Shown: positions 8,050 through 17,326 of the stretch, piece after piece
Position numbering within the stretch: the stretch's first letter is position 1
Layout of the letters: each line of letters opens with the position of its first letter
Origin: a bacterium
GTDB taxonomy: Bacteria > J088 > JAWLBW01
DNA length: 64,000 nucleotides
Assembly: GCA_041690355.1 (NCBI GenBank)
Contig: JAWLHK010000009.1
Span: 1 to 64,000, forward strand
Direction: 5' to 3'
The notes under the pieces: generated by a model
Databases searched by the model: none
The model's input: the letters and a program-made list of their open reading frames with translations, nothing else
Told to the model about the DNA's origin: nothing
Position numbers and translations under genes: made by a program

Positions 8050-9780
8050 CTAGAGTTGCCCGGTCGCGCCCGGTTGCTGGGCGAGCCTGTCTTCGGCATA
8101 GGCCACGACGGGCACGCCGCCGTCCCCGACACGCAGCGGTGTCCGGTGCAGCCCGTGAAAGGTCATCAGGCCACCGGACAGAAAGGCGACCCGGTCGTAT
8201 CCACGATGCTTCAGATCCAGGTAGGAGATGTAGCTGCGGAACCCCGAGCGGCAATAAATGTAGACGGGCCGGTCGCGCGGAACTTCATCCATCCGGCGCC
8301 GCAGCTCGGTGTGCGGGATGTGTAAAGCATGCGGAATGTGCCAGGTGTCAAACTCGGCCTGCGAGCGGACATCGAGAAAGGTCACCCGCTTGGCACACTC
8401 CGGGTAGTCTTCGGGGTACCAGAGGTCAATCTCGCCGCGCAGCAGGTTTGCACCGAGAAAGCCGATCATGTTCACCGGGTCCTTGGCCGACCCGTAAGGC
8501 GGCGCATAGGCCAGCTCGAGGTCCTCGAGATCGAAGACGGTCATCCCCGCCCGGAGCGCCACGGCGAAGACGTCGATGCGCTTGTCGACGCCGTCCCACC
8601 CGAGCACCTGGGCGCCAAGTAGCTTTCCGTCTTCCGGCCCGAACAGCGCCTTGATGTAGAGCGGCCGGGTTCCGGGATAATACGAGGCGTGGCCGTTCGG
8701 GTGGGCGTAGACCTTGCGGAAGGCGACACCACTGCGGCGGAGGCTTCCCTCGGTCAGCCCCGTGCCGCCCGCCGTCATGTCGAAGACCTTGACGACTCCC
8801 GTCCCCTGCGTGCCTTCATAGGACGCGTCCTTGCCGCAGAGGGTATCGGCCGCGATGCGCCCCTGGCGGTTCGCCGGGCCCGCAAGCATCGACAGCGTCG
8901 GCTCGCCGGTCACCAGGCTCAGCGTCTCGACGGCGTCGCCGGCCGCGAGGATATCGGGAAGCGAGGTGCGCATCTGCGCATCAACCTTGATGCCGCCAAG
9001 GGGCCCCAGCTCGATGCCGGCCTCACGAGTGAGATCCACGTTCGGCCGCACGCCCGAGGCCAGGACAACGAGATCGGCGAAGAGCGTCGTCTCGTCCGAC
9101 AGGTCGACAACGAACTGCCGGCCATGCTCGCGGATCGCGCTGGCGCTCGTGCCCAGCCGCACGTCGACCCCCTGTGCGGCCACGTGCAGCTCGAGGATTT
9201 GCGTCATCTCCACGTCCATCCACGGCAGCAGCTGCTCTGCCCGCTCGACGACCGCCGTCTCGAGCCCGCGCGAGCGAAAGGCCTCGACCAGCTCGAGACC
9301 GATGTAGCTTCCGCCGATGACCACGGCACTCCGGGCGCCGGCGTCGAGGCGTTCGATGATGCCGTCCATGTCGGGGATGTTGCGCAGCACGTGCACGCGC
9401 GGGTTGTCGGCGCCGGGGATCGGCGGCCGCACCGGCTCTGCGCCCGGACAGAGAACAAGCTTATCCCAGGTTTCGCGGTAGGTGGACCCATCCGCGACGC
9501 GCCGCACCTCGACGGCTTTTTCCGACGGCAAAATGCGGATCACCTCGTGACTCGTCCGCACATCCAGGTCCAGGCTGGCGGCGAGGCTCTCGGGCGTCTG
9601 CAGGAGAAGGCTCTCACGTTTGGGGATCTGGCCGCCGATATGATAGGGCAACCCGCAGTTGGCGAACGAGACGTACCGATCCCGCTCGAGCACGATGATC
9701 TGCGCCGACCCGTCCAAGCGGCGCACGCGGGCGGCGGCGGATGCTCCCGCGGCCACGCCCCCGACAACGACAACTTTCAC
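8050..9780 (-). CDS. CoA-disulfide/persulfide reductase with C-terminal rhodanese domain (CoADR-RHD)
   Basis: GGVAAG FAD motif, SFANCGLPY redox Cys, LAYAPPY, rhodanese LDVRS...YCRSGFRS; GTG start with GGAGG SD. Confidence 0.92.
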   Translation of the reverse strand: MKVVVVGGVAAGASAAARVRRLDGSAQIIVLERDRYVSFANCGLPYHIGGQIPKRESLLLQTPESLAASLDLDVRTSHEVIRILPSEKAVEVRRVADGSTYRETWDKLVLCPGAEPVRPPIPGADNPRVHVLRNIPDMDGIIERLDAGARSAVVIGGSYIGLELVEAFRSRGLETAVVERAEQLLPWMDVEMTQILELHVAAQGVDVRLGTSASAIREHGRQFVVDLSDETTLFADLVVLASGVRPNVDLTREAGIELGPLGGIKVDAQMRTSLPDILAAGDAVETLSLVTGEPTLSMLAGPANRQGRIAADTLCGKDASYEGTQGTGVVKVFDMTAGGTGLTEGSLRRSGVAFRKVYAHPNGHASYYPGTRPLYIKALFGPEDGKLLGAQVLGWDGVDKRIDVFAVALRAGMTVFDLEDLELAYAPPYGSAKDPVNMIGFLGANLLRGEIDLWYPEDYPECAKRVTFLDVRSQAEFDTWHIPHALHIPHTELRRRMDEVPRDRPVYIYCRSGFRSYISYLDLKHRGYDRVAFLSGGLMTFHGLHRTPLRVGDGGVPVVAYAEDRLAQQPGATGQL

Positions 9781-10017
9781 GTCCGAACCTCCCTGCTCCC
9801 CAGGGAAAACCTTGCCCCGGGCGTTCTCATCCGGTTCCAGTATCGGACGGCACCGGGGGGCACGCAGTTCCGGACGCACGCAGAGTATCCGCAGCGGGGA
9901 TTCCGGCTCCATTCGGGCTGGTTGGCTTTCTATCCGGACGCCGCCGGTATATCGAGCGTGAATCACTGCAATCCGGTCCTCCGCGTGCTATCGGTGTATT
10001 GTTCCCGGAGGTCGCCC

Positions 10018-10767
10018 ATGCTGTTCCGACAACTGTTCGAGCCGGTTTCGAGCACCTATACCTATCTGCTGGCGGATGAAAATACGCGGCGGGCCGTACT
10101 GGTCGACCCAGTACTTCCCGCGTGGGAACGTGATCTGAGGGTCCTGCGCGATCTCGGATTGCAGCTCGCTTTCACGCTCGACACCCACATCCATGCCGAC
10201 CACATCACGTCGGCCCGCAGGCTGAAACGGGAAGCGGGGAGCCGCATCGCGCACCCGGCGTTCGATCGGCTCGACTGCATCGATATCGGTTTGGAAGAGG
10301 GTAAACCGTTCGACGTGGACGGGTTCCGCATCGAACCGCTGCACACGCCCGGTCATACCGACGGGCACCACGCCTACCGCGCAGGGGATCGCGTGTTCAC
10401 GGGCGACGCCCTGCTCATCGACGGCTGCGGGCGTACCGATTTTCAGAACGGCGACGCGCCGACGCTCTATCACAGCGTGCGTGACAAGCTCTTCGCCCTT
10501 CCCGAAGACACGTTGGTCTACCCGGCCCACGACTACCAGGGCCGGCGGGTGTCGAGCGTCGCGCAGGAAAAGACGCGCAATCCGCGGCTCGGCGGTGACA
10601 AGCCGCTGGAGGAGTTCGTGAAGATCATGAACGAGCTCGGACTTCCCTATCCGAAGTTCATCGACTATGCCGTGCCCGGCAACCGCCAGTGCGGCGTGTG
10701 TCCCGAAGGGGTTCCCGACGATCTCTCGGAGTACTGCGACGAGATTGCCCACAGTGTTCAGGGGTGA
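10018..10767 (+). CDS. Persulfide (sulfur) dioxygenase, ETHE1-like metallo-beta-lactamase fold
   Basis: MLFRQLFEPVSSTYTYLL, THIHADH, TPGHT, TGDALLIDGCGRTDFQ, YPAHDY, NPRL; GGAGG SD. Confidence 0.93.
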   Translation: MLFRQLFEPVSSTYTYLLADENTRRAVLVDPVLPAWERDLRVLRDLGLQLAFTLDTHIHADHITSARRLKREAGSRIAHPAFDRLDCIDIGLEEGKPFDVDGFRIEPLHTPGHTDGHHAYRAGDRVFTGDALLIDGCGRTDFQNGDAPTLYHSVRDKLFALPEDTLVYPAHDYQGRRVSSVAQEKTRNPRLGGDKPLEEFVKIMNELGLPYPKFIDYAVPGNRQCGVCPEGVPDDLSEYCDEIAHSVQG

Positions 10768-10894
10768 GTCTCCCCACAAGAGTGCACTCCTGCGGGCAGG
10801 GCTCCCTCATGGGGGAGCGGGACGGGTATGCTTTTTTCCCCACGCGGAGGCGCGGGGCCGCGGAGAGAAAACCGGGAAACGTGGCCGTCCCGAG

Positions 10895-11371
10895 CTACCG
10901 GCTGGTGTCAGCCCGCCCCGGCCTGCAGCCTTCCGGTTCGTGGTCTGCGATCCGGCTCAGCAGGGCACTCAATTCCTTCAGCTCGGCGTTCGAGAAGATA
11001 CCGCCGAAGTGATCTTTCCAGTACTCGTACGTCGCCGGATAGGCCTCCTCGAAGAGCGCCTCGCCCTTCGCTGTCAGCGTCGTGATCACCTCCCGATCGC
11101 TCTCGGGATTACGGCGCCGCTCGACGTACCCCTTCTGCTCGAGCGACTTCACGAGGCGGGTCACATTCGGGGGCGTGGTCAGCGTGCGCGCGGCGAGATC
11201 GCACATGCGCAGGCCGTCGGTGTTCCCGAGCGTCATGACGACGTCGAACTCTCCAGGCGCCAGCCCGTAACGGGCGATGTTCGCGTGCGCCAGCTCCTCA
11301 ATGCGCTGCTTCGCCCGGATCACCGAGCGAAGCAGCGTGAGAACAGGTGTATTGCGGTACGAAACCGCCAT
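10895..11371 (-). CDS. MarR family transcriptional regulator
   Basis: VTRLVKSLEQKGYVERRRNPESDREVITTLTAKG winged-helix motif. Confidence 0.92.
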   Translation of the reverse strand: MAVSYRNTPVLTLLRSVIRAKQRIEELAHANIARYGLAPGEFDVVMTLGNTDGLRMCDLAARTLTTPPNVTRLVKSLEQKGYVERRRNPESDREVITTLTAKGEALFEEAYPATYEYWKDHFGGIFSNAELKELSALLSRIADHEPEGCRPGRADTSR

Positions 11372-11793
11372 CAGCCGCGCGCCGGGTGGGGGGTCGCGCC
11401 GCGGACGGCTTGTGTCGCGCCGGCCCGCTGCGAGCGGAACAGGCCGGCCTGAATCAACGCGCCACCCGCGAGTCCGAGGTCCTTGAGGGCGCCGGCCATG
11501 GCCATCTGCTGCGTCTCAGGATTGCCCAAGCCCGGCAGGTGTACCGTGACGACGAACACGGCCATGAGTGCCGCCAGCCCGAGCGCGGCCCAATAGCCGA
11601 GCTTGCCGCTCGTCATGCCGATAGCACCCGCCACCAGCGCGGCGCCGGTCGCGTAGACCCAGAAGACGCCGCCCGGTAACCAGGCCGGCACCATGCCCGC
11701 CATGTTTGCGCCGAACGCAAAGTGCATCAGTCCGAAGAGGAAAAAGGGGATCGCCAGAAGAATTCGGCCGCCTAGCGTAAAGGGATTCATCAT
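11371..11793 (-). CDS. DoxX-family membrane protein
   Basis: GRILLAIPFFLFGLMHF, VPAWLPG, KDLGLAGGAL; four hydrophobic segments; start uncertain (11790-11811). Confidence 0.8.
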   Translation of the reverse strand: MMNPFTLGGRILLAIPFFLFGLMHFAFGANMAGMVPAWLPGGVFWVYATGAALVAGAIGMTSGKLGYWAALGLAALMAVFVVTVHLPGLGNPETQQMAMAGALKDLGLAGGALIQAGLFRSQRAGATQAVRGATPHPARG

Positions 11794-11829
11794 TCTCTCC
11801 ATTCTCTCCATTGCAGTTTTCTGTTTTCT

Positions 11830-11855
11830 TGAATTATTCATTTATGAACAATTCA
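11830..11855. promoter_or_regulatory. AT-rich inverted repeat, putative MarR operator
   Basis: TGAATTATTCAT-TT-ATGAACAATTCA, one mismatch between arms, upstream of the doxX-marR pair. Confidence 0.65.
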
Positions 11856-11937
11856 TTGCGTTCAGAATAGCGGTGCATGGCGACCGTGTCAAGGCACTTC
11901 GAGTGTTCAGGAGCGAATTCGCCGGCAAAGGAGAGGG

Positions 11938-13275
11938 TTAGGTACCTTTTCGAATCAGCACCTGAGCCCCGGCCGGTAGAATCGGAAGGTTCGTGCCGTC
12001 AAGGCTGTCGAGGGCAAGCACCGACTGCTTTTCGAGCCCCCAGTGGTACGTCGGTGTCAGAAAGGTCGCGAGCGGCAGGCCGCAGGCCTTCATCTCATCC
12101 TTCAGAGACGGCCCTTCGATGGCGGCGAGCACCGGTTTACCGGCCGCGGATACCTCCAGCAGCGTACTCCCGTCATGGCCGATCGCCTGGAAGGGCTCGG
12201 CGAATGCGGTTCCCCATTCCAGGACGAGCACGCCGGGCGTGCTGGCGTGTACGGTGGCCCGCACAGCGCCCCCCTCGACCACGGGCTCGGCAAGCGATTG
12301 GGGAAGAGCCTCGAAAGGCTCTTCATTCACGGCAACCAGGGACAGTTTACGCCCCTCGCCTCCGCTGAAAAGAGCAGACTTCGGCGCCCCGTCCATCGCG
12401 CGGATGCGGAGCCAGGCCTGGTATCCTTTGATCGGTTTGTCATAGCGATAGCCGGGTGTGGCGAGAAACGCGATCAGCCCGCGTGGGGCAAGGTTCTGCA
12501 GCGCATCGGTTCCCAGAATGTTCTGGTACTTCGCCATCGCAAGCTGATCGCCGAGAAAAAAGGCATCGACGGAGTCCTTCCCGTCGCTGAGCCGCAGGCG
12601 GCTTCCCCATCGCAGCCTCAGCTCGTCAGCCGCCTTGTGGTCGACGTTCACGGCCAGCGACTGCTCCTTCTTCGACTGAACGGCGTGAATGACGCGGGCC
12701 TCGATGCGCCCGTCGACGACCCGGGCCGATTGACCGGGATGGAACCCGATGCACTCGCCGAATAGAATGTTATGCTCGATTTTCGGCTTCTTCGCCCAGG
12801 GGGTCAGAACGATGCGATCCGGTCCGCCGCCTTCGTCGTCTGCGCGCCGGTAGACGTTCACCTGATATTCGCCGGGAGGAACTTCGAGGCACGCCCCGGC
12901 CTCGTCGGGTCGCGGTCCGTTGTCACCCATCGGAAGCGTATTGGCCGAATGGATGCAGAGGCGCCCGGACGGCAACGAAAGAAAACCGCTTTCGGTCAGC
13001 CATTCGCCGCCCGAGAGCTGCTTTTTCCCAAGCGGAGCGCCTATCGTGACGGTCGCCTTTACCGATCCGTCGCCGACGAGCCCGTACACAAGCAGCCTGC
13101 CCGTAGAAAGAAACTCTTTCGACACCGAATCGTGGAAGGAATCGTCGCCGAAGTACTGCGTAATCAGCGCTCCCGATTCTCGCAATGACTCCTCAACAGA
13201 AGCGTCATACAGATAGACGCCCAGACCTTCGTTGTAGATGTCGATTGAAAAGCCATCCGTCTGCGTGCCATTCAT
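11938..13275 (-). CDS. Hypothetical protein (445 aa)
   Basis: Long ORF with GGAGA SD before ATG 13275; protein-like composition; no family recognised with confidence. Confidence 0.75.
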   Translation of the reverse strand: MNGTQTDGFSIDIYNEGLGVYLYDASVEESLRESGALITQYFGDDSFHDSVSKEFLSTGRLLVYGLVGDGSVKATVTIGAPLGKKQLSGGEWLTESGFLSLPSGRLCIHSANTLPMGDNGPRPDEAGACLEVPPGEYQVNVYRRADDEGGGPDRIVLTPWAKKPKIEHNILFGECIGFHPGQSARVVDGRIEARVIHAVQSKKEQSLAVNVDHKAADELRLRWGSRLRLSDGKDSVDAFFLGDQLAMAKYQNILGTDALQNLAPRGLIAFLATPGYRYDKPIKGYQAWLRIRAMDGAPKSALFSGGEGRKLSLVAVNEEPFEALPQSLAEPVVEGGAVRATVHASTPGVLVLEWGTAFAEPFQAIGHDGSTLLEVSAAGKPVLAAIEGPSLKDEMKACGLPLATFLTPTYHWGLEKQSVLALDSLDGTNLPILPAGAQVLIRKGT

Positions 13276-13370
13276 GTGGTCTCCGGTGGGAAAATCGCCT
13301 GCCGTAATTGTTTCACGGGTTCGCAGGGTCGTCCAGCCGGCGGTCCGAGGATTCGGGGCGTCGCTTCGTC

Positions 13371-14309
13371 TCAGCGGCGCGAGGCATCGACCGCCCGGCG
13401 CACCGAATCCGGACACGTCCGCAGGGCCGTCTCGAAGACTCGCTCTCGGCGCGAGGGGTCCATCATGTTGTAGCCGAAGGCGCGCAGATCCTCCGGGCCG
13501 GGTTCAATGCGGATGACCCGCTTGCCGGCCGACTTCAGCAGGGCGACCTCGCGATCCACGATGCGGGTCATCATGCGCCGGGCAGAACGCTCTATGCGCT
13601 CGAGGGGGGAACTCGGCCGGTCCATCTCGGTCGACGCCATGGGCGCCAGGACGATCACTTCTGTCACCGCCTGGTCTGCCGCCAGATCCGCCGAGACCGG
13701 CGAGGCGACGCCGCCGTCGATATACGTGCGTCCGCCGATCTGCACGGGCGGGCACCAGCCGGGCACGCCGTACGATGCGCACATGGCGTCGTTCATGGCG
13801 GCCGGGGGCGCACCGGGCTTTCCGAAGGGGACCCGTTCGCCGGTCTGCGTATCGACCGCCATCAGCCAGGTGGCCGGATGCTTCACCCAGCCGCCGGGGC
13901 GAACCACGCCGTCCACAAGGCGGCGGAAGGGCGTCATGTCGAACCCGCCCGCCGGCAGCAGCCCCGTGATGGCCGTGAGCGCCGAGACCCGCCCGCGCAG
14001 ACCGTGCCAGGCCAGCTTCGCGCCGGTGAAGCGCGCGCCCGGAAGCGGCGGCAGGGCGCCCCCGGTATCCTTGTCATGATTCCACGCGGAATCGGAATCG
14101 CTGCGCTGGCACGCCATCAGGCGATCGACGCTCACCCCCGCCGCGAGAAGCGTGGCGAGCACGGCCCCGACCGAGGTACCGATCATCAGTTCCGCCTCGC
14201 GCGGATCCCAGTCGAGTGTCTCGCGCAGACTTTGCAGCGCGGCGATGGACCAGGCCCCGCCGGCGACACCGCCGCAGCCGAGGACGAGCGCGCGTTCAGG
14301 CCGGCTCAT
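13371..14309 (-). CDS. Patatin-like phospholipase/esterase
   Basis: ALVLGCGGVAG, GTSVG nucleophile, YIDGGV. Confidence 0.9.
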   Translation of the reverse strand: MSRPERALVLGCGGVAGGAWSIAALQSLRETLDWDPREAELMIGTSVGAVLATLLAAGVSVDRLMACQRSDSDSAWNHDKDTGGALPPLPGARFTGAKLAWHGLRGRVSALTAITGLLPAGGFDMTPFRRLVDGVVRPGGWVKHPATWLMAVDTQTGERVPFGKPGAPPAAMNDAMCASYGVPGWCPPVQIGGRTYIDGGVASPVSADLAADQAVTEVIVLAPMASTEMDRPSSPLERIERSARRMMTRIVDREVALLKSAGKRVIRIEPGPEDLRAFGYNMMDPSRRERVFETALRTCPDSVRRAVDASRR

Positions 14310-15789
14310 GGCGAGCGCTCCTTTCGGCCACGGGTGCGTGGACGTACGATTCCGCATCGAACTTGCGCAGCAGGCGTCGCATCTCGAACGTGCTCCAGGG
14401 AAAGCCCACGGTATTCTTGCCGTTGGAATCCAGATAATAACTGGAACAGCCGCCGGTGTTCCAGACGGTGTTCTGCAGCTCGCGCTGGACGACCTCGTTG
14501 TACTTCTGCTGGACCTCCCGGCGCACTTCGACGCGGGCGAGCTTCTTTCTGCGCATGGTCTTCAATGCGCTCACGATGTAGTTGATCTGGGATTCAATCA
14601 CGATGAAAGCGGAGTTGTGGCCGATCCCCAGGTTGGGACCGAGCACGAGAAAGAGGTTCGGCAATCCGGCGATGGTCGTTCCCCGGTAGGCTTCCATGCC
14701 GTTCTTCCACAGTTCCCCCAGCGAGCGGCCCTGCGCATCGAATACCCGGCTCGCGATTGGTTGTTCGGTGACGTGGAATCCGGTCCCGAGGATGATCGTA
14801 TCGACCTCACACTCGGATCCGTCCGATCCAACAACCGTGTTCCCGCGGATCTCGCGGACGCCCGTGGCGAAGACTTCGACGTTGGGGCGGGTGAGCGACG
14901 GATAGTAGTCGTTGGACAGAAGAACCCGCTTGCACCCGAGCGTGTAATCGGGCGTCAGTTTTTCCCGCAGGACGGGGTCCTTCACCGCCCAGCGCAGATG
15001 GGCAAGCCCGAGCTTCTGCAGCTGCTCGAGAAATCCCGGCCGGCGGAACCCGATGCCGAACCCCTCGAACAGGCCGTAGATCGTTCCCCGTAACGCCTCC
15101 CGCGCGGGCGCAAGCCGCAGAAGCGCATTCCCCAGCGCCGGCATCTCGGCATCCGGCTTCGGGAGGATCCACTGCGGCGTGCGCTGAAAGAGAACCAGCT
15201 TGTCGACGAGGGGTTGGATCTGCGGCACGAACTGGATGGCGGACGCCCCCGTGCCGATGACGGCGACCCGCTCGCCGCGCAGGTCATGCTCATGGTTCCA
15301 ACGGGAAGAGTGGAAGACCGTGCCGGGAAATTCCGCCAACCCGGGCAGCTCGGGGATGATCGGTTCGTGCAGATAGCCCGTGCAGGCAATCAGAACCCGC
15401 GCGTGATAAACCGTATCGCAGGTTTCGAGAACCCAGTGCCCTGCCCCCTCGTCCCACTGCGCCCGTTCGGCCCCCTGCCCGTACCGGATGAATCGCTCCA
15501 CATCGAAACGGGCCGCGGTCTCGCGCACGTAGTCGAGAATCTCGGCCTGTCCTGCAAAGGCGCGCGTCCAGTCGGGCTTCTGCGCGAACGAGAAGGAATA
15601 GAGCGCCGAGGGAACATCGCAGGCGCATCCCGGATAGGTGTTGTCGCGCCAGGTGCCGCCGAGCGAATCGGCCTTTTCGAGGATGACGAAGTCCTTGAAC
15701 CCCTCGCCGAGCAGGCGGATCGCCGCGCCGATACCGCTGATGCCGGCCCCGACGATGGCGATTTCAACGCGAGCGTTTTTCCTGGTCAT
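14296..15789 (-). CDS. Baeyer-Villiger-type flavin-containing monooxygenase
   Basis: GAGISG, GGTWRDNTYPGCACD, FPGTVFHSSRW fingerprint, GTGASA. Confidence 0.93.
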   Translation of the reverse strand: MTRKNARVEIAIVGAGISGIGAAIRLLGEGFKDFVILEKADSLGGTWRDNTYPGCACDVPSALYSFSFAQKPDWTRAFAGQAEILDYVRETAARFDVERFIRYGQGAERAQWDEGAGHWVLETCDTVYHARVLIACTGYLHEPIIPELPGLAEFPGTVFHSSRWNHEHDLRGERVAVIGTGASAIQFVPQIQPLVDKLVLFQRTPQWILPKPDAEMPALGNALLRLAPAREALRGTIYGLFEGFGIGFRRPGFLEQLQKLGLAHLRWAVKDPVLREKLTPDYTLGCKRVLLSNDYYPSLTRPNVEVFATGVREIRGNTVVGSDGSECEVDTIILGTGFHVTEQPIASRVFDAQGRSLGELWKNGMEAYRGTTIAGLPNLFLVLGPNLGIGHNSAFIVIESQINYIVSALKTMRRKKLARVEVRREVQQKYNEVVQRELQNTVWNTGGCSSYYLDSNGKNTVGFPWSTFEMRRLLRKFDAESYVHAPVAERSARHEPA

Positions 15790-15795
15790 GATTCC

Positions 15796-15871
15796 GCCTG
15801 TTCGTGAAGTTGTGGCCTGTTCGTGAGGTTGCGGCCTGTTCGTGGGGTTGGGGCCTATTCATGGGGCTGTG
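15796..15871. repeat. Four-copy 19-bp tandem repeat
   Basis: gcctgttcgtgaagttgtg / gcctgttcgtgaggttgcg / gcctgttcgtggggttggg / gcctattcatggggctgtg; last copy holds the SDR stop codon. Confidence 0.85.
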
Positions 15872-16634
15872 GACTGATGCGCCCGAGCAGCCAGCTCGTG
15901 ACCGTCAGGTTGGCCACGTGATTGGCCGCACCGTAGACGTCGGGATAGATGACGCGCGCATCCCGCCGTTCGAGTGCGCCGCAGATGCGCTCGGCGAGAA
16001 CCTCCGCTTTTCCCGTGGGAAGAAAACGCGAGACGAGTCCCTGGCGCACCTGGCCGCGCGCGTGGCTTTCGAGCCCGGAAAAGATCGGCCCTGGATAGAC
16101 GGTGACGACGTCGACGCCATGCGGCTGCAGATCCAGACGCGCGATTTCCGAGGCGTTGCCCATGCCGGCCTTGGCGCCGCCGTAGTAGCTGCAGCCGGGG
16201 ATCGGGACGCGGCCGGCCATGCTGGCGACGTTGACGATCCAGCCGCGCTTTTCGCGGAGCATCGCCGGCAGGGCCAGGTCCATCAGCCGCAGCGGCGCCG
16301 TCAGGTTGATGTCGATGAGCTTCCGCCCGCGCTCCCACCCGGTGCCGGGAAAGCTGATGATCTCCATGGTTCCGGCGCAGTTGACGAGCACGTCGGGATC
16401 TCCCCGGCGCGCCGTCGTGTCGGCCCACCAGTTGGGGAGGCCGTCGATATCCGTCAGGTCGCACGGTTCGGCGCTCGCGTCGCCGCCGACTTCCTGAGCA
16501 CGCGCACGGAGCCCCGCGGCGTTCCGGTCGACGAGGGTCAGGCGCGCGCCGGGCCTGCGCCGGCGGAAGGCGGCAGCCAGGGCGCCCCCGATGGCGCCCG
16601 CCGCGCCCGTGATCAGAATGTGCCGCGGATCCAT
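15855..16634 (-). CDS. Short-chain dehydrogenase/reductase
   Basis: ITGAAGAIG, LVNCAG, NVASMAG, YGGAK (YxxxK); ATG overlaps the TetR stop. Confidence 0.9.
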   Translation of the reverse strand: MDPRHILITGAAGAIGGALAAAFRRRRPGARLTLVDRNAAGLRARAQEVGGDASAEPCDLTDIDGLPNWWADTTARRGDPDVLVNCAGTMEIISFPGTGWERGRKLIDINLTAPLRLMDLALPAMLREKRGWIVNVASMAGRVPIPGCSYYGGAKAGMGNASEIARLDLQPHGVDVVTVYPGPIFSGLESHARGQVRQGLVSRFLPTGKAEVLAERICGALERRDARVIYPDVYGAANHVANLTVTSWLLGRISPQPHE

Positions 16635-17266
16635 CAGTCTCCCCTCTCGCCCCGCCCGGTCAGGAGCTCCCAGCACGCATCTCGGGCGGCGTTGATGTCG
16701 GCGGGCTTCAAGTCGATGTAGCCAAGACGCTGCGACTTGAAGACGCCGACGAAGGCCCCCCAGAAGAGCGCCATCGTAAGTTCCGGCCGCCGCTTCGCCG
16801 GAAAGATTCCCGCCCGCCGCCCCTGCTGCACCAGGCTGCGCAGAGGGATCAGGAGGCGCATCTCGACGGAGCGGCTTTCGTCGTCGAGGTAGCCGCGATG
16901 GTCCTGCATCTCGAGAAACTGGAAGGTTTCCGGATCTTCGGTCGCAAAAGCGGCGAGCCGGGACCAGAGCTCGTCGAACAGCGGCTTCGACGGTTCCACC
17001 GGCGGCAGGTCGTCGAACAGGCGCGACCGCAGGCGCTCCTTCGCGTCGCGGAACACGGCGTTGACGATCGCCTCTTTGCCGTCGAAGTAGTGATAGAGGG
17101 TCCCGACGCCAACCCCCGCCTCCTTCGCAATGGGTGGTACAGGAGTGCCGTGAACCCCGGCGCGCGCAAACACGCGCAGGGCGGCCGCGAGAATCCGGTC
17201 GCGCTTGTCGGCGCCGCGCGCTTCGGGCCCGGCGGAGGGGGCCCCGGCCGTCGAATGAACGTTCAT
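16634..17266 (-). CDS. TetR/AcrR family regulator
   Basis: ILAAALRVFARAG...IAKEAGVGVGTLYHYFDGKE HTH. Confidence 0.93.
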   Translation of the reverse strand: MNVHSTAGAPSAGPEARGADKRDRILAAALRVFARAGVHGTPVPPIAKEAGVGVGTLYHYFDGKEAIVNAVFRDAKERLRSRLFDDLPPVEPSKPLFDELWSRLAAFATEDPETFQFLEMQDHRGYLDDESRSVEMRLLIPLRSLVQQGRRAGIFPAKRRPELTMALFWGAFVGVFKSQRLGYIDLKPADINAARDACWELLTGRGERGD

Positions 17267-17272
17267 TCGACG
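17249..17272. promoter_or_regulatory. Perfect 24-bp palindrome over the TetR start codon, putative autoregulatory operator
   Basis: CGTCGAATGAACGTTCATTCGACG equals its reverse complement. Confidence 0.8.
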
Positions 17273-17326
17273 AGTCTGCCACAGAAACCGCCCTTGCGCA
17301 AGGCGCTCGAGCGGGCGGTTCCCGGC

